Below are positions 18,448-28,551 of a stretch of 64,000 nt of DNA, one piece after another. The stretch lies in sequence record MW735835.1; one strand, given 5' to 3'. Numbering within the stretch: position 1 is the first letter of the stretch; each line of letters begins with the position of its first letter. Below the pieces are notes generated by a model that saw nothing but the letters and a program-made list of their open reading frames with translations, did no database searches and was not told the DNA's origin. The position numbers and the translations under genes are program-made.

Positions 18448-18786
18448 ATGAACAAAGCACTCGACGAACTGATGTGGGCTGCTCACCGCGCGGAAGGTGA
18501 AGCCGCTCATGCAATCGACAACACCGAAGGGATGTTCATCGACATCCGTGACGAGCAACAACTGCCCGTTGAAGGTGACATCGAAGGTATCCATACCTTT
18601 AACCTGGGCGTGTCCATGGGTATCAAAACCTTCCTGGATCATTTGTCCACGGCAGGCTACAGCATCGTTACTCCTGACGGTGACGTCATTGCGCCTCATA
18701 GCGAAGGCTGCAAGACCGAACCGCTGGGTGAGACCTGGCAACACTGGCTGCTCTCGGGTGGCAAGAACCTGCGGGTGGCGGAATGA
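18448..18786 (+). CDS. Hypothetical protein
   Basis: AGGAGA RBS. Confidence 0.75.
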   Translation: MNKALDELMWAAHRAEGEAAHAIDNTEGMFIDIRDEQQLPVEGDIEGIHTFNLGVSMGIKTFLDHLSTAGYSIVTPDGDVIAPHSEGCKTEPLGETWQHWLLSGGKNLRVAE

Positions 18787-19139
18787 AAACGGCAGTAGAT
18801 CTCCACGTGCGTGTGAAAAGTGTCTACCTTGCTTCCACGCACCATTATAAACGCCTGAAGGGAGGCAAACAACTCAGTCGTATTCGCCGTTGTGTGAAGG
18901 ACGTTACAACCGAAGTCAGACCCAAGCAGGACGCTGTTAATGGCATCAACCTGATCATCGAAGTCCGTGATCGTCAATTCACGGGTCGTCTGGAAGGTGT
19001 CCTGTGCAAGAAGACCGGTACCATCAGCTTCGCGGTTGTCGATTCCCAGATGTCCAGTTACCTGAAGAAGAAACGCTTCAATGTAATTGGTTATGAACTC
19101 GAAGCCCGCCAAACCAACCTCAATCGCCGTAAAACGTAA
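18783..19139 (+). CDS. Hypothetical basic protein
   Basis: ATGA-coupled to the previous ORF. Confidence 0.7.
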   Translation: MKTAVDLHVRVKSVYLASTHHYKRLKGGKQLSRIRRCVKDVTTEVRPKQDAVNGINLIIEVRDRQFTGRLEGVLCKKTGTISFAVVDSQMSSYLKKKRFNVIGYELEARQTNLNRRKT

Positions 19140-19150
19140 GAGAGATAACC

Positions 19151-19384
19151 ATGAGTGAGAACAAAAGCGCTGTAGATTTCATCCTGGATCAGGCTGACCA
19201 GTTTGATCCGACCACCGTGCCCGGCTTTGAAGAGCGGGACAAGGCCGGTGAGTTCAAGAACAAGACCCCGTCCGAGATCCGCGAGATCCTCCTGAACGAA
19301 GCCGAGATGGAGGATTACAACCGCGAAGAGGCCGACGCCATGGAAGAAGAAGACCGTCGTAATGAGGAGCGCGATGATGGCTGA
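19151..19384 (+). CDS. Hypothetical acidic protein
   Basis: AGAGA RBS, biased codons. Confidence 0.7.
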   Translation: MSENKSAVDFILDQADQFDPTTVPGFEERDKAGEFKNKTPSEIREILLNEAEMEDYNREEADAMEEEDRRNEERDDG

Positions 19385-19685
19385 GAAAGACGATCAGCTG
19401 GCTGAAGACCTGCGCGTACCTGTCGGCGGTTTCTCGGTCAGCACTCAGCTGAAAGCGCAGCTGTCCGGCGTCAAGAAGCTCCTGGAAACCGACTACTCCA
19501 AGTTCAAGGAGAAGAAGGCCTACAGGCTGAAGAAGATCCCGGACGCCGCCTACTTCATCAACTACATCGCCGTGTGCCCGAACAGCGGTCTGCCAATGGC
19601 CCTGGGCTTCACGGTGACCACCACTGGCTACGCTCCTCAGGCAATGCTGCTGAAGGACCTCAAACCGGAAGAAGTGTTCTTCTAA
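19374..19685 (+). CDS. Hypothetical protein
   Basis: GAGGAG RBS. Confidence 0.75.
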   Translation: MMAEKDDQLAEDLRVPVGGFSVSTQLKAQLSGVKKLLETDYSKFKEKKAYRLKKIPDAAYFINYIAVCPNSGLPMALGFTVTTTGYAPQAMLLKDLKPEEVFF

Positions 19686-19694
19686 GGAGTTGTC

Positions 19695-20018
19695 ATGTCG
19701 CTGAAAGAAGACGATCCCTGGGCAGGGACGATCGACCTCACTCAGGCCAGTTTCGGGCGAGGGCGCGAGATCAAGGTCCAGTTGATGGTGGCGCACCAGT
19801 TGGCCACCATGGATTTCAGTGGTTTCAAGGCCAAGCACTGCTACCGGGTGCGTGGTCAAGAAGATGCTGTCTTCTACATCAACGAGATCCAGAAGCACCA
19901 CGAATCGGCCATGCCGGAAGCCTGCGGGTTCTTGTGCATTCCCGGCTCCCTGAAACCTGCCCGTGTCATGCTCACTGAGTTGGGCGGGGAGGTGTTCATT
20001 GGTCCTTCCGTACTCTAA
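19695..20018 (+). CDS. Hypothetical protein
   Basis: AAGGAG RBS. Confidence 0.75.
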   Translation: MSLKEDDPWAGTIDLTQASFGRGREIKVQLMVAHQLATMDFSGFKAKHCYRVRGQEDAVFYINEIQKHHESAMPEACGFLCIPGSLKPARVMLTELGGEVFIGPSVL

Positions 20019-20049
20019 GCAGAAGCCATCTGTTGGTGGTCTGGCGCTG

Positions 20050-20262
20050 ATGGTTCCGGCCAACGACAACAAGCCAGACTTCGTCATCATTGGCGACCAT
20101 ACCAGGCTCTCCGTCAAGGCGTCTCTCTGGTTCAAGGTACGGGCAACCGTTCAGCACCAGTGGGCCTACGATCAACTCAAGAAGTTCGCTGAAGCGAATG
20201 AAATGAGTGAGCCGATCTTGGTCATCATCGATTACGACCACCAAGTCATCAAGCCGAAATAG
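20050..20262 (+). CDS. Hypothetical protein
   Basis: Fills the gap before a hairpin terminator; start uncertain. Confidence 0.55.
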   Translation: MVPANDNKPDFVIIGDHTRLSVKASLWFKVRATVQHQWAYDQLKKFAEANEMSEPILVIIDYDHQVIKPK

Positions 20263-20309
20263 AGGAGAGGCCTTCGGGCCTCTCCTTTTCACCATCGTGA
20301 GGGAACGAC

Positions 20310-21119
20310 ATGTACACTGCCAAGTCTTCAGGGATCGTGCAATACAACGCAAACGACAGTCGCGTTGAGATCCTGCGGCCGGTCAACGCATCGGAACGTG
20401 CAAACCCCGAATCCTTTTATCAGCTTGAGGAATTCCTCACTGGTACCGTGATCCAGATGGTCGCTACCAAGGACCTCAATCACTTCCGCCAGCATGAGAA
20501 CCTGCATGTCTGGGGTAAAGAACTCTACACCATGGAGATGTACGTCAACCTGCTACGAGATGTGCACCGCATGGTGATCGTTCATGGACCTAATACCGAA
20601 GTCTTCGGTCCACAACCAGATCAGGGCTTCATCATGAAGTCCATCGGCAACAAGATGCACGTCGGGATGCAAGTGACCAACCAAGCGGTGTTAATGGCCT
20701 TGGACACGCACATCGCCGGTATCATGGCAGATGGCACTATCCTGCGTGAAGGGACGGTGTCTTCGTTTGACAGTTTCGTCGCAATGGCTCAGCAACGTGT
20801 CGATAACGCGTTATCAATCATCACCACGGAGGCTTCTGGCTGCTTGCGTCGACAATGGGACCAAGCTGCTGGGTTGGAGATCCATGAGATCCAGCACTTC
20901 TACGTTCGCAACACGTCGACAGACTGGAAGGACTACCTCGACCTGCAACGGGTCATGGACATCCTCAACGTCTCGCACACCACCATCAATCGTTACCGAG
21001 CTGGGCAAGTCCCTGCGGGTTGCGATCCCTTCCCCAAACCTGACCGCTTTCGTGGTCGGTCCCCGTACTGGCATAAGAACACCATCGATGGCTGGATCGT
21101 CCGCCGGGTAATGGAGTGA
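20310..21119 (+). CDS. Protein with C-terminal AlpA/excisionase-like HTH
   Basis: YLDLQRVMDILNVSHTTINRYR...FPKP..FRGRSPYWHKNTIDGW. Confidence 0.75.
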   Translation: MYTAKSSGIVQYNANDSRVEILRPVNASERANPESFYQLEEFLTGTVIQMVATKDLNHFRQHENLHVWGKELYTMEMYVNLLRDVHRMVIVHGPNTEVFGPQPDQGFIMKSIGNKMHVGMQVTNQAVLMALDTHIAGIMADGTILREGTVSSFDSFVAMAQQRVDNALSIITTEASGCLRRQWDQAAGLEIHEIQHFYVRNTSTDWKDYLDLQRVMDILNVSHTTINRYRAGQVPAGCDPFPKPDRFRGRSPYWHKNTIDGWIVRRVME

Positions 21120-21236
21120 TCGAGGGAGCCTTCGGGCTCCCTCTTATGCCGCCTCGCCTATTTATTTTTTCCAAGATATCCCTATGTACCGCTTTCTTTA
21201 ATAAGCCTGTTAAGGCTCCCAAACAGGTAGTAAATC

Positions 21237-22154
21237 ATGCCGCCCAGCTTTGAAACACTCAAGACGAAGTTCATGGCGCTGTTGGTAGCGATCTCTGAGC
21301 ACCTGGACACCAAGCTGGACAAAACCAGTGCCGCTGTCAGCGCAGATAAGCTTACCAATCCGTTCAGCCTGACTCTCAGTGGTGATCTTTCTGGTAACGT
21401 CTTCATCCAAGGCAATACCAGCATCAACTGGAATGTCACTCTCGTGAATTCCGGCGTTACCGCCGGGGTCTACCCAAAAGTCACTGTCGATGCCAAAGGC
21501 CGTGTGACTGGTGGCGAACTACTTATCGCGGCAGACATCCCTTCCCTAGATGCGGCCAAGATCGGTTCGGGTACCTTTGCCGTTGCTCGCATTCCGACAC
21601 TCGATGCATCGAAGGTGGGTACGGGTGTGTTTGACCCTCAGCGTATCCCACTGCCCACTAAACTGGCCGCATCCCGTTCCTTCACCATGACAGGCGATGG
21701 TGATTGGTCGGTCAGTGGTGACCTCAGTGGTAACCTGACCGGCGTCCTGACCCTGGCCAACTCCGGTGTCGTTGCGGGTACGTACGGTGGGGCTACTCAG
21801 ATCCCCCAAGTGACTGTGGATGCCAAAGGCCGTATCACGGGTGTCACGCTGGTGAACATCAAGGCCCAAACGGCCATCCCGGTGAACGAATACGTGACTG
21901 TGGCAGCAGGTGGCGTGAAGCAGTACGACCTGCAAACCCTGCTCGGCGCAGGTCATGCCAGCTTCGACAAGAAGACTGCTGAGATCTGCGTCCGTGCCAA
22001 AGACACCAACAGCGCTTCGCCGATGTACCAGGCGTACGCCAACGCAGAAGCACTGGTCAGTGCGGGCATCAAGGACGAACGCTACGTAATCATCGCCAAC
22101 CAGTCCACTTCCGCGCTGGACCTGTTCGTCAAGGTCCTTGTACATCCTCTTTAA
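21237..22154 (+). CDS. Tail fibre protein
   Basis: Two copies of the L.NSGV.AG.Y..VTVDAKGR.TG fibre repeat, plus IP.LDA.K..G.F repeats; TATG late motif upstream. Confidence 0.85.
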   Translation: MPPSFETLKTKFMALLVAISEHLDTKLDKTSAAVSADKLTNPFSLTLSGDLSGNVFIQGNTSINWNVTLVNSGVTAGVYPKVTVDAKGRVTGGELLIAADIPSLDAAKIGSGTFAVARIPTLDASKVGTGVFDPQRIPLPTKLAASRSFTMTGDGDWSVSGDLSGNLTGVLTLANSGVVAGTYGGATQIPQVTVDAKGRITGVTLVNIKAQTAIPVNEYVTVAAGGVKQYDLQTLLGAGHASFDKKTAEICVRAKDTNSASPMYQAYANAEALVSAGIKDERYVIIANQSTSALDLFVKVLVHPL

Positions 22155-22164
22155 GGACTGAGCC

Positions 22165-24855
22165 ATGGCTGATATTTCCTTTGATGTGGCAGAAGGGTAC
22201 TATCTAGCGCCCTTCACTGCCAACATGCTCTTGAGCGCCAATGTTCAGAGCTTGCAGTTCAGTGTCAACGGGGCACCGCCTGCCATTTCTAAGTACATCG
22301 CGTACGACACCCTCACTCCTCCGAACCCGTTCATCGCGGTGACCCAGGACGGTACGGGTAACGTGGTGTACGACGGTGGTTTCCCGAAGTTCTACAACAG
22401 TGTGGCTCCTGTGGCGGGGATCAATGCCTCGATCACCATGGAGTTCAAAGCCACTCGCACTGCTGGCGCCACCGGTAACACGTACTACTACGATGCGTTC
22501 ACCAACAAGAACGTCACCATTGCTATCGGTGACAAGTTGGTGTACGACATGTTCCAGGATAACATCGACGCCCGGGTCGGTATCGATGCTATCACTGCGG
22601 CTAACCCACAGACCGATCCTGCGACGTATTCCCTGCGTGATTGGGGATGGCCCACCTCTGGTTCCATTAAGGACCAGAACGGTTTGGCAGCGCACCCTAG
22701 CACCGCCCTGGGCACCCTGCCCGTCGGACAATGGTACCACCGTGAGTTCGACCTGTCGCAGTGTGCCGGTCACACCTTCATCAAATGGTCGCTGGCCTAC
22801 GAAGGTGAAGTGGCAGGTACGTTTGCCACCCGTTTCCGTGACATCTACATCCTGGACCGTGATGGCAACATCAAGGCCACCTTGTTCAAGGATGTCATTG
22901 ACCTGCCCAACAGCTCGTCTGCTGAAGCAGGGGCTTCGGGTTACACCAACCTGAGCAAGACCCTGTACGACCCACGGTCTCAGTTGTCTGCATCATTCAA
23001 GTACCTGTACAACGCCATCAACTGGGTAGCCAACCCCAAGAAGGTGGCAGCGGGTAACCGTAAGATCCTGATTTTGGGTGATGCCATCTCCACGGGCTCT
23101 TATCCAGTCAAGGGGACGACAGCAAGCGGGTTCAACACCAGCTTTACTCGCTTGTGCGCAGCGGCTGGTTTCACGCCGACGTTTAAGGACATCTCTGATT
23201 ACGCCGGTAGTCGACTTGACCCGACTGCTGCTGAACTGAGTCAGTACACCTGCGTACTGCTGATGTCTTCGCAATCCGGTAACATCGCTTACATCACCGA
23301 TGCTGCGGTGCAGAACTTGCTGGCATTCCGAGAAGCAGGTAACGGCTTGATCGTGGTGACCGACCACGGTCCTGTCATCAGCGATATCGCTCAAGCCAAC
23401 AACACCGCACTAGGCTCGGCCTTCTTCTGGACAGCAAACAAGCTGATCAGTCAATTTGGCGCGTACTTCAGTGGTGACTACAACCGTACGCCTGTGAACG
23501 TGGGGTTCCTTCGTTCAACGTACGGCGATCATCCTCTGTATGCCGGCATGACCAACGCTGAGAACATCAGTGCAGGTGGCTCCGAGAGCCGGGTGCAGGT
23601 GGCGATCTATCCATCGCTCACGCCTGGTCAAGTGGCTCCGTTCAACATCGGCAACGGTAAGACGGTGATCCAAGTCACCGCCACGTTGAACAGCGGTGAT
23701 ATCGTCAGCTACAAGATCACCTACAACGTCGTGACGTTCAAGATCTCCTTCTCGGATGGGACTCAGATCCGGGATAACGGCCAGACCATGGACGTGGGAG
23801 CGAAGAACCAATCCCTCATCAACGCGGTCTTGGTGGGTTCTCTCGACCAGGCGGTTAACGGCATCGTCTACAAGAACGGTGTTCGTGTAGGGGCTGTCAC
23901 GTACACTGTTGCCGGTGGTCTAGTACAGACCTGGGACGATTCAAGCGCAGGTGGGGTGAAGGTACAGAACTCCGACAAGTTCACTGTGATCATGGGCGCT
24001 CCCCTGAACATGACCAGTGAGATCACCATCAAGCGATTCCAACCTATCACGGTTCGTGGTAAGAAGGACCTCGCCGACATCATGAACACCCTGCGGACGT
24101 TCAAGCCTGAGTTGACTGACATCAAGCGGGTTGGAGCAATCATTGCCGACATCGCTGCTGGTGCCCCTGGGCTTGGGATTACCCACTCGGTTAACATCCC
24201 GCTCAACCTGAAACTGTTGGGCGACCACTTCAACAACGAAGGCCGCACATCCGCTGACCACATTTGGAAACTGGAAGCCGACCTTGCAGACCTCATGGGA
24301 ACCAAAGCAGCAGTTGCAACCGGAGCAATGAACTACGTCACCTTCGGTGGCAAGAACGCATTGAAGTTTACGCCGGGCAGCAACGCATGGGTGACCATCA
24401 ACAACCTGAAATTCGGTACCGGTCCGTGGTCGGTGAACCTCTGGTACAACCCAGTCAACTTCACTGATTACCACCACCTCCTCTCGACACCGGACAACGC
24501 GACACTCATCTTCAAGATAGGCAAGAACACTGACCCAATCGCAGCGGCCAAGCCTTATGTAGTCGCGAGTTCGTTCAACGTCGCCGGAGGTAAGGTTGGA
24601 GCTGATTTGGTTACAGCGGGGGCTTGGTCGATGTTCACGTTCACGTTTACCGGGTCTTCTTTGAAGATCTACGTGAACGGCGTACTGAAAGGTGACTTCG
24701 CCGTCACCATGAACGTACCTCTGTCCAATTTCAAGATTGGACATTACACGAACGGGACGACCACCGAGCAATCCAACGGCTATCAGCGTGACCTGTCCAT
24801 CTACAGTCATGCCTTGACGACCAATGAAATACTCGAACTGTACGCTTCTGGATAA
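22165..24855 (+). CDS. Large virion/tail-associated protein with C-terminal LamG (concanavalin-like) domain
   Basis: C-terminal WSVNLWYNP...WSMFTFTFTGSSLKIYVNG...FKIG...RDLSIYSHALT is LamG-like; phiKZ-type virion N-domain. Confidence 0.75.
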   Translation: MADISFDVAEGYYLAPFTANMLLSANVQSLQFSVNGAPPAISKYIAYDTLTPPNPFIAVTQDGTGNVVYDGGFPKFYNSVAPVAGINASITMEFKATRTAGATGNTYYYDAFTNKNVTIAIGDKLVYDMFQDNIDARVGIDAITAANPQTDPATYSLRDWGWPTSGSIKDQNGLAAHPSTALGTLPVGQWYHREFDLSQCAGHTFIKWSLAYEGEVAGTFATRFRDIYILDRDGNIKATLFKDVIDLPNSSSAEAGASGYTNLSKTLYDPRSQLSASFKYLYNAINWVANPKKVAAGNRKILILGDAISTGSYPVKGTTASGFNTSFTRLCAAAGFTPTFKDISDYAGSRLDPTAAELSQYTCVLLMSSQSGNIAYITDAAVQNLLAFREAGNGLIVVTDHGPVISDIAQANNTALGSAFFWTANKLISQFGAYFSGDYNRTPVNVGFLRSTYGDHPLYAGMTNAENISAGGSESRVQVAIYPSLTPGQVAPFNIGNGKTVIQVTATLNSGDIVSYKITYNVVTFKISFSDGTQIRDNGQTMDVGAKNQSLINAVLVGSLDQAVNGIVYKNGVRVGAVTYTVAGGLVQTWDDSSAGGVKVQNSDKFTVIMGAPLNMTSEITIKRFQPITVRGKKDLADIMNTLRTFKPELTDIKRVGAIIADIAAGAPGLGITHSVNIPLNLKLLGDHFNNEGRTSADHIWKLEADLADLMGTKAAVATGAMNYVTFGGKNALKFTPGSNAWVTINNLKFGTGPWSVNLWYNPVNFTDYHHLLSTPDNATLIFKIGKNTDPIAAAKPYVVASSFNVAGGKVGADLVTAGAWSMFTFTFTGSSLKIYVNGVLKGDFAVTMNVPLSNFKIGHYTNGTTTEQSNGYQRDLSIYSHALTTNEILELYASG

Positions 24856-24866
24856 CGGAGAATAAC

Positions 24867-25316
24867 ATGAGCGTCGCTCTTCCCAAGTTCACTGAACCGC
24901 TCGAGGAGATCCACTACCTCAAAGCGTTCTCAAACTTCGACACGCGTCAAATCGGCAAGCGTCAGTACATGATGCTTGAAGAGTTCTCGTTCGACGACGA
25001 AGTCTTCGGCAAGATCACTGTACCGAAAGGCTTCGTTACCAACTACGCCTCCCTGGATGCATTGCGCAACATCGTCCTCTTCCCGGTCTACGCTCTGCTG
25101 GCCGATTACGGGGACATGTCCGCGACCATTCACGACTACCTGTACAGCAAAGGCAGCCGAATCACCGTCAACGGTGAGTTGGTGCGCCCGACCAAAGAAC
25201 AGGCAGACGAGATCTTCTACCGCGCCCTGCGCAGTGAAGGCATCGCTCGGTGGCGTGCAGGTATGTTCTTCTACGGCGTGCATCTGTTTGCAGAAGACGC
25301 TTACGAAGAAGACTGA
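24867..25316 (+). CDS. DUF1353 family protein
   Basis: ITVPKGFVTNYAS, ATIHDYLYS, EQADEIFYRAL..EG. Confidence 0.85.
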   Translation: MSVALPKFTEPLEEIHYLKAFSNFDTRQIGKRQYMMLEEFSFDDEVFGKITVPKGFVTNYASLDALRNIVLFPVYALLADYGDMSATIHDYLYSKGSRITVNGELVRPTKEQADEIFYRALRSEGIARWRAGMFFYGVHLFAEDAYEED

Positions 25317-25327
25317 AGGATCTCATT

Positions 25328-26017
25328 ATGCGCATCCTGTTGATGGCCGCGGCAAACAGCAAGAATGGTTACCCGACCGATGTCCTCGCTGACATCATCA
25401 GCCAGTTCACGTTCAAGAACAACTCGATCGTGGATGAGAAATCTAAACGCAACCTCACCTTCACAGGCGGTGCGTCGGTGGTTGATGGTCAGGCCGTGGT
25501 CCCACATGGGACTGGTAAATACACCCAAGTGGCGATTGACTACTTTGGTGCGGGAGACTTCACCTACGAAATCCACTTCACCAGGACTAATCCCGTTTCG
25601 GGTGAGGGCATGGTATTGCCTTGTCATTGGGCAAACGGTGGACTTACCAGCGACGATAACCGCTTCAGTGTGTTGGTTGCTCCAGATGGTTCGATTGGGG
25701 TCTGTTTCGCCACCTCGGGCGCAGCAGGCGCTTATACGTGGCGCGCTAGTGCGGCGAATGTCGTGGGTGTTCTCAACAGGGAATACCATGTGGTCGTCGA
25801 GCGGTATAACGGGATCATCAAGGTCTTTGTTGACCGTGTCGAAGTGTTGTCGTGGAGTCAGCCTGCTCCGCTCTGGGCCACGACCGGCAACTACCTCAGA
25901 GACACCTATAGTGGCACAGGTAACGCAGGGCACAAATGGCGTAACCTCCGGGTTGCTAAGCGTGCGCTCTACAAACACGTCATTCCGGCATTCGTGCCGT
26001 TCCCAGCGATTCCGTGA
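25328..26017 (+). CDS. LamG-like carbohydrate-binding virion protein
   Basis: FGAGDFTYE, EYHVVVERYNGIIKVFVD, NLRVAKRALY. Confidence 0.7.
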   Translation: MRILLMAAANSKNGYPTDVLADIISQFTFKNNSIVDEKSKRNLTFTGGASVVDGQAVVPHGTGKYTQVAIDYFGAGDFTYEIHFTRTNPVSGEGMVLPCHWANGGLTSDDNRFSVLVAPDGSIGVCFATSGAAGAYTWRASAANVVGVLNREYHVVVERYNGIIKVFVDRVEVLSWSQPAPLWATTGNYLRDTYSGTGNAGHKWRNLRVAKRALYKHVIPAFVPFPAIP

Positions 26018-26068
26018 CAGGCATAGAGGAGGGCTTCGGCCCTCCTCATTTATTCGATTCGAAATATT

Positions 26069-26092
26069 TTCAACGATACATAGTAGCAGTGA
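26069..26092 (+). promoter_or_regulatory. Conserved early promoter, copy 1
   Basis: TTCAACGATACATAGTAGCAGTGA; near-identical copies at 29558, 50332 and 54057. Confidence 0.7.
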
Positions 26093-26145
26093 GTAGGAAG
26101 AATAATCTACCTATCTCACTTACCCAACTCTCTGGAGAGACTACT

Positions 26146-26355
26146 ATGTACACTGTTAAACACAACCGCATCATCGACAACTACATCGAGCTGCTGAAAG
26201 CTGGTCTGGAAAAAGCCATGGCTACCTTCATCGCTCGTGCTCTGTCGGCCAAAGTGATCCTGGACGTCGCTGTTAGCGATACCGGTATCCACCTGAACAT
26301 CTGGGACAACGAAACCACCAGCGAGAAAGCTGTGGTCTTCGCGTTCAAAGCGTAA
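26146..26355 (+). CDS. Small early protein (69 aa)
   Basis: GGAGAG RBS downstream of the conserved promoter; highly biased codons. Confidence 0.8.
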   Translation: MYTVKHNRIIDNYIELLKAGLEKAMATFIARALSAKVILDVAVSDTGIHLNIWDNETTSEKAVVFAFKA

Positions 26356-26455
26356 GGAGAAAAGGGGATGTACTTCCCTTTTCTTTTTTCTTTTTTGCCT
26401 GGGTTTAACAGCCAAATCCCTATGACATAAACCAATCGGCATCAAAGGAACGACC

Positions 26456-27118
26456 ATGCTCGATTTCAGTCCGCTTACGCTTGCGATCCAACGCTTTACC
26501 GACAACATCAAGACCCTCCTGTCGTCTGCTCCCGTTGTGTACGTGGGCGAATACAAAGGCTGGGCTCCGAGCACCATTCCGACTGGCTGGCTGCTGTGCG
26601 ACGGCAGTGCAGTGAGCCGTACCGAGTACGCTGACCTCTTCGCTGAGATCGGCGTTGCGTTCGGAGCAGGAGATGGTAGCACAACCTTTAACCTGCCTGA
26701 CTTCCGTGGTCGAGTGCCTCGTGGTTTGACCGATCTCGAAGCCATGGGTTCAACTGGCGGTAGTGACGACGTTGTTCTCGTGGAGGGCAACCTGCCGGCG
26801 CACGCACACGCCCTTGGTGCAGAAGCCCAAGCCGATACCGTCATGAAATTGGCGACTACCGAGATCAGTCCTGTCAATGTCCCGACGAGCACGAAGAACG
26901 TCTTCGGACCTGCCTTCAGTGGTAGAACTCCAGTCACTACCTATACCGAACCCTCATCTCTTGCCAGTGGTGAGGCCAATTATGGTTCTATCACTACGGA
27001 TCTGTCGGGTGATACCAGCACTGTCGGTTCTGGTGATCCGGTCGACATCACGCCTTCGTATATCGGTCTCCGCTGGATCATCGCCGCTGTCGGTGTACGG
27101 GCTACTGCTGTAGCCTAA
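26456..27118 (+). CDS. Phage tail collar domain protein
   Basis: IPTGWLLCDGSAVSRTEYADLFAEIG..FGAGDGSTTFNLPDFRGRVPRG. Confidence 0.92.
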   Translation: MLDFSPLTLAIQRFTDNIKTLLSSAPVVYVGEYKGWAPSTIPTGWLLCDGSAVSRTEYADLFAEIGVAFGAGDGSTTFNLPDFRGRVPRGLTDLEAMGSTGGSDDVVLVEGNLPAHAHALGAEAQADTVMKLATTEISPVNVPTSTKNVFGPAFSGRTPVTTYTEPSSLASGEANYGSITTDLSGDTSTVGSGDPVDITPSYIGLRWIIAAVGVRATAVA

Positions 27119-27252
27119 ACAGCAATAAGGATAGGGGATAGGGGCATTGCCCCTATCCCCATTTATTTAATGGATTTTCTGATTATTCACAGGATACAAA
27201 ACACCTGTCTTTGAAAACGTATGGAAAATACCCTATTTAGAAAGGTCTCGAC

Positions 27253-27795
27253 ATGACCACCTATTTAACCGAAATAGCCAGGTACGCTGCCAACCTCAAG
27301 ACGCTACTGAACAACACAGCAGCCTTGATGAAAACTATCAGGGACTCGAACAGCTATCGCGCTCAAGATGTGTTCAGGACGTTTATCATTGGTACTGGAG
27401 GTCCTTCAGGCACTGGCGGTACTGGCGACATGACTGTCGACAACCTGGGTCAGACAAACAACGTCTACCTCCACTTAAAACTCCCCATCACCAACGCACA
27501 AGACAAGGTCTCCTTCCTGATGCGGATGGAAGGGTACAACTACGGTGCTAGCAAGATAATCAACGTAGCTTGGAGTGGTGGCATGAATGGTGGGAGTCTC
27601 CTCAAAGCCACGTCAGGGACCCATCCTGTTGATGTCTACGTCGACGCCAATGGCAACCTCGTGTGCTCGATCTTCTTCACCAGTATCTACTACACGACTG
27701 TCAACATCGAGACCATGTGTCAAGACGACAGTAAACGAATCATCAGGGGTCAGCTTCAAGGTAAGGTTTCCCTAGCTTCTCAGATCAATTTCTAG
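27253..27795 (+). CDS. Tail-associated protein (paralog A)
   Basis: Similar to 27805-28368 (VYLHLKLP / IYLHFRIP; YVDANGN...SIYY / YADTNGN...SIYY). Confidence 0.7.
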   Translation: MTTYLTEIARYAANLKTLLNNTAALMKTIRDSNSYRAQDVFRTFIIGTGGPSGTGGTGDMTVDNLGQTNNVYLHLKLPITNAQDKVSFLMRMEGYNYGASKIINVAWSGGMNGGSLLKATSGTHPVDVYVDANGNLVCSIFFTSIYYTTVNIETMCQDDSKRIIRGQLQGKVSLASQINF

Positions 27796-27804
27796 GTGAG
27801 TGCC

Positions 27805-28368
27805 ATGACTCTAACCGCCTCGATACTCAACTACACGAGTAAAGTAAAAGCCAAGATAGACAAGATCATTGCAGACAAGGACATCATCGGCACTGACAAC
27901 GTCCGTGGTAGCATCTACCGCAATATCTTCAAGGGTTTCATCCGTACGGTCAGCACGCAGGAAGGTGGACCGAGTGTATCGGGCGATTTTCCTGCTGTCG
28001 GTACTCCGTTTGCAGATAACCTGAACATTTACCTACACTTCCGGATACCCTACAACATCAACGTGGATTCCAAGATGTTCTGGTTGAACATCCGAGGTTA
28101 CTGCTTCGGGGGTTCCCAGATCATCGGCACGACTGCGGTCGGGTACAGCTACGCTCCTACCAAGCAACTCTTGAACACGCAAGTGTCCTCGGTTCAAACA
28201 GCTGAGCTGTACGCGGATACCAACGGAAACGTCGTACTGTCTATTCTGTTCCCCAGCATCTACTACGTCACGCTTGAGATTGACTCCATGATGGTAGGGA
28301 ACGGAACCCCGATCAAACGCGACATGTTGCAGGTGAAATACTCGAAGTCGAATCGCGTGGTGTTCTAA
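27805..28368 (+). CDS. Tail-associated protein (paralog B)
   Basis: Tandem paralog of the previous gene. Confidence 0.7.
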   Translation: MTLTASILNYTSKVKAKIDKIIADKDIIGTDNVRGSIYRNIFKGFIRTVSTQEGGPSVSGDFPAVGTPFADNLNIYLHFRIPYNINVDSKMFWLNIRGYCFGGSQIIGTTAVGYSYAPTKQLLNTQVSSVQTAELYADTNGNVVLSILFPSIYYVTLEIDSMMVGNGTPIKRDMLQVKYSKSNRVVF

Positions 28369-28380
28369 ACCCTATTGTAT

Positions 28381-28535
28381 GTACAGGCAGTTGATACTGT
28401 CTAGTGAGGGGGTGATCCAGCACGAGTTTTGACCCGGAACGGTTTAGCCTCGACGGGAGTCAGTTGCATACGTTCCAACGGCGCCTGTACGACGACCCAC
28501 GTGGCGGCGGTCACGTGGGTCATTTTGCCGCCTCT
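28381..28535 (+). promoter_or_regulatory. Structured 5' leader / candidate cis-regulatory RNA with H-type pseudoknot
   Basis: Starts at a TATG motif; GTACAGGC/GCCTGTAC 8-bp helix; 10-bp hairpin whose loop pairs with downstream GCCGCC. Confidence 0.5.
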
Positions 28536-28551
28536 ATCCCAGGGTATTGAA

